NCBI GenBank assembly: GCA_049999805.1
Contig: JBNGIO010006348.1
Span: forward strand, 29,821-93,820
DNA length: 64,000 nt
Source of the DNA: Folioceros fuciformis
Taxonomy: Eukaryota
Direction: 5' to 3'
The stretch's first letter is position 1. Every line of letters starts with the position of its first letter. Shown here one piece after another: positions 63,493 to 64,000 of this stretch. The position numbers and the translations under genes were made by a program. A model generated the notes under the pieces. That model was not told the DNA's origin and searched no databases. It was given only the letters and a program-made list of their open reading frames with translations.

Positions 63493-64000
63493 CTAGTCGT
63501 CCTCCGTCTCTGTAACGTCTTGAAATTGTTCCAAGATGTCGTGCCTCCACGCTACCACAAAAATGGATAACACAAAGATTAGAACACCAATAAAGGTCCT
63601 CCATGTAGCTGACCGACCTTCCTCATACGCGTACGAAGGGATGTCGTCGGAGTAAGCCGAGTACGCCACACTGGAAGGAGGAGTATCGTCGAACAGAGAG
63701 TTCTCCATGTCGCGCAAGTCCCTCGGACCCCAGCGCCGGGAGCTCTCCCCCCGCCCATATCTTTGCTCGTATCCATCAATATCGAGTCCCGTTTCTTGGT
63801 GCCTTCCCACAGACGCAAGGCCTTCTTCGACCTGGGGATAGGTGCGGGTGTAATAGGAGGTATACCCTTTGAACCTCCTTCCCTTTCTCTGCCTCCGAAT
63901 CAGGAAGGCAAGGGTTCCGGACAGGCCCACGGCCAGAAGCCCAAGGCCAGCGTAGAGCCTCAGCCTCCGCAACTGCTCGGGGGAGAGTTTGTCAAGACTC
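63493..64000 (-). CDS. 3' part of an unknown membrane protein (frame is open from the window edge)
   Basis: Two hydrophobic segments (LYAGLGLLAVGLSGTLAFLI followed by RRQRK, and TFIGVLIFVLSIFVVAW). No family recognised. Confidence 0.6.
   Translation of the reverse strand, partial: SLDKLSPEQLRRLRLYAGLGLLAVGLSGTLAFLIRRQRKGRRFKGYTSYYTRTYPQVEEGLASVGRHQETGLDIDGYEQRYGRGESSRRWGPRDLRDMENSLFDDTPPSSVAYSAYSDDIPSYAYEEGRSATWRTFIGVLIFVLSIFVVAWRHDILEQFQDVTETEDD

Overview
Eukaryotic plant nuclear DNA, very gene-dense (about 22 genes in about 59 kb) with mostly 80-110 nt GT-AG introns. That compactness, together with a KP/DRH-type DYW editing factor, a retained organellar RF3 and CCD8, points to a seed-free land plant, most likely a hornwort (Anthoceros-like; inference). 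The first 5 kb is decayed TE sequence (an L1-type LINE and a probable gypsy fragment). Genes in order: BAT1-like amino-acid/GABA permease, ENF2-like PotD homologue, G1IP/GET2-like, TBL O-acetyltransferase, a URK-1-like receptor kinase with a duplicated Cys-rich (SPARK-like) ectodomain, DUF2985/PLAC8, an unannotated 3-exon gene that appears to fuse an MLKL-like four-helix bundle to a LOR/Tubby-C-like domain, a PLS-E+ PPR, a SEC13 pseudogene, SDA1 and PUM24 (head-to-head), DUF1068, PPR-SMR, RPS15, a PLS-DYW:KP (DRH) candidate U-to-C editor, Vps62-like, EEF1AKMT1 and KRTCAP2 (head-to-head), a plastid TPR protein, CCD8, a copia remnant bracketed by a 300-bp duplication, organellar RF3 (prfC), and a partial membrane-protein ORF. 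All family calls come from recognising motifs by eye; no database search was run. Exon boundaries were read manually.
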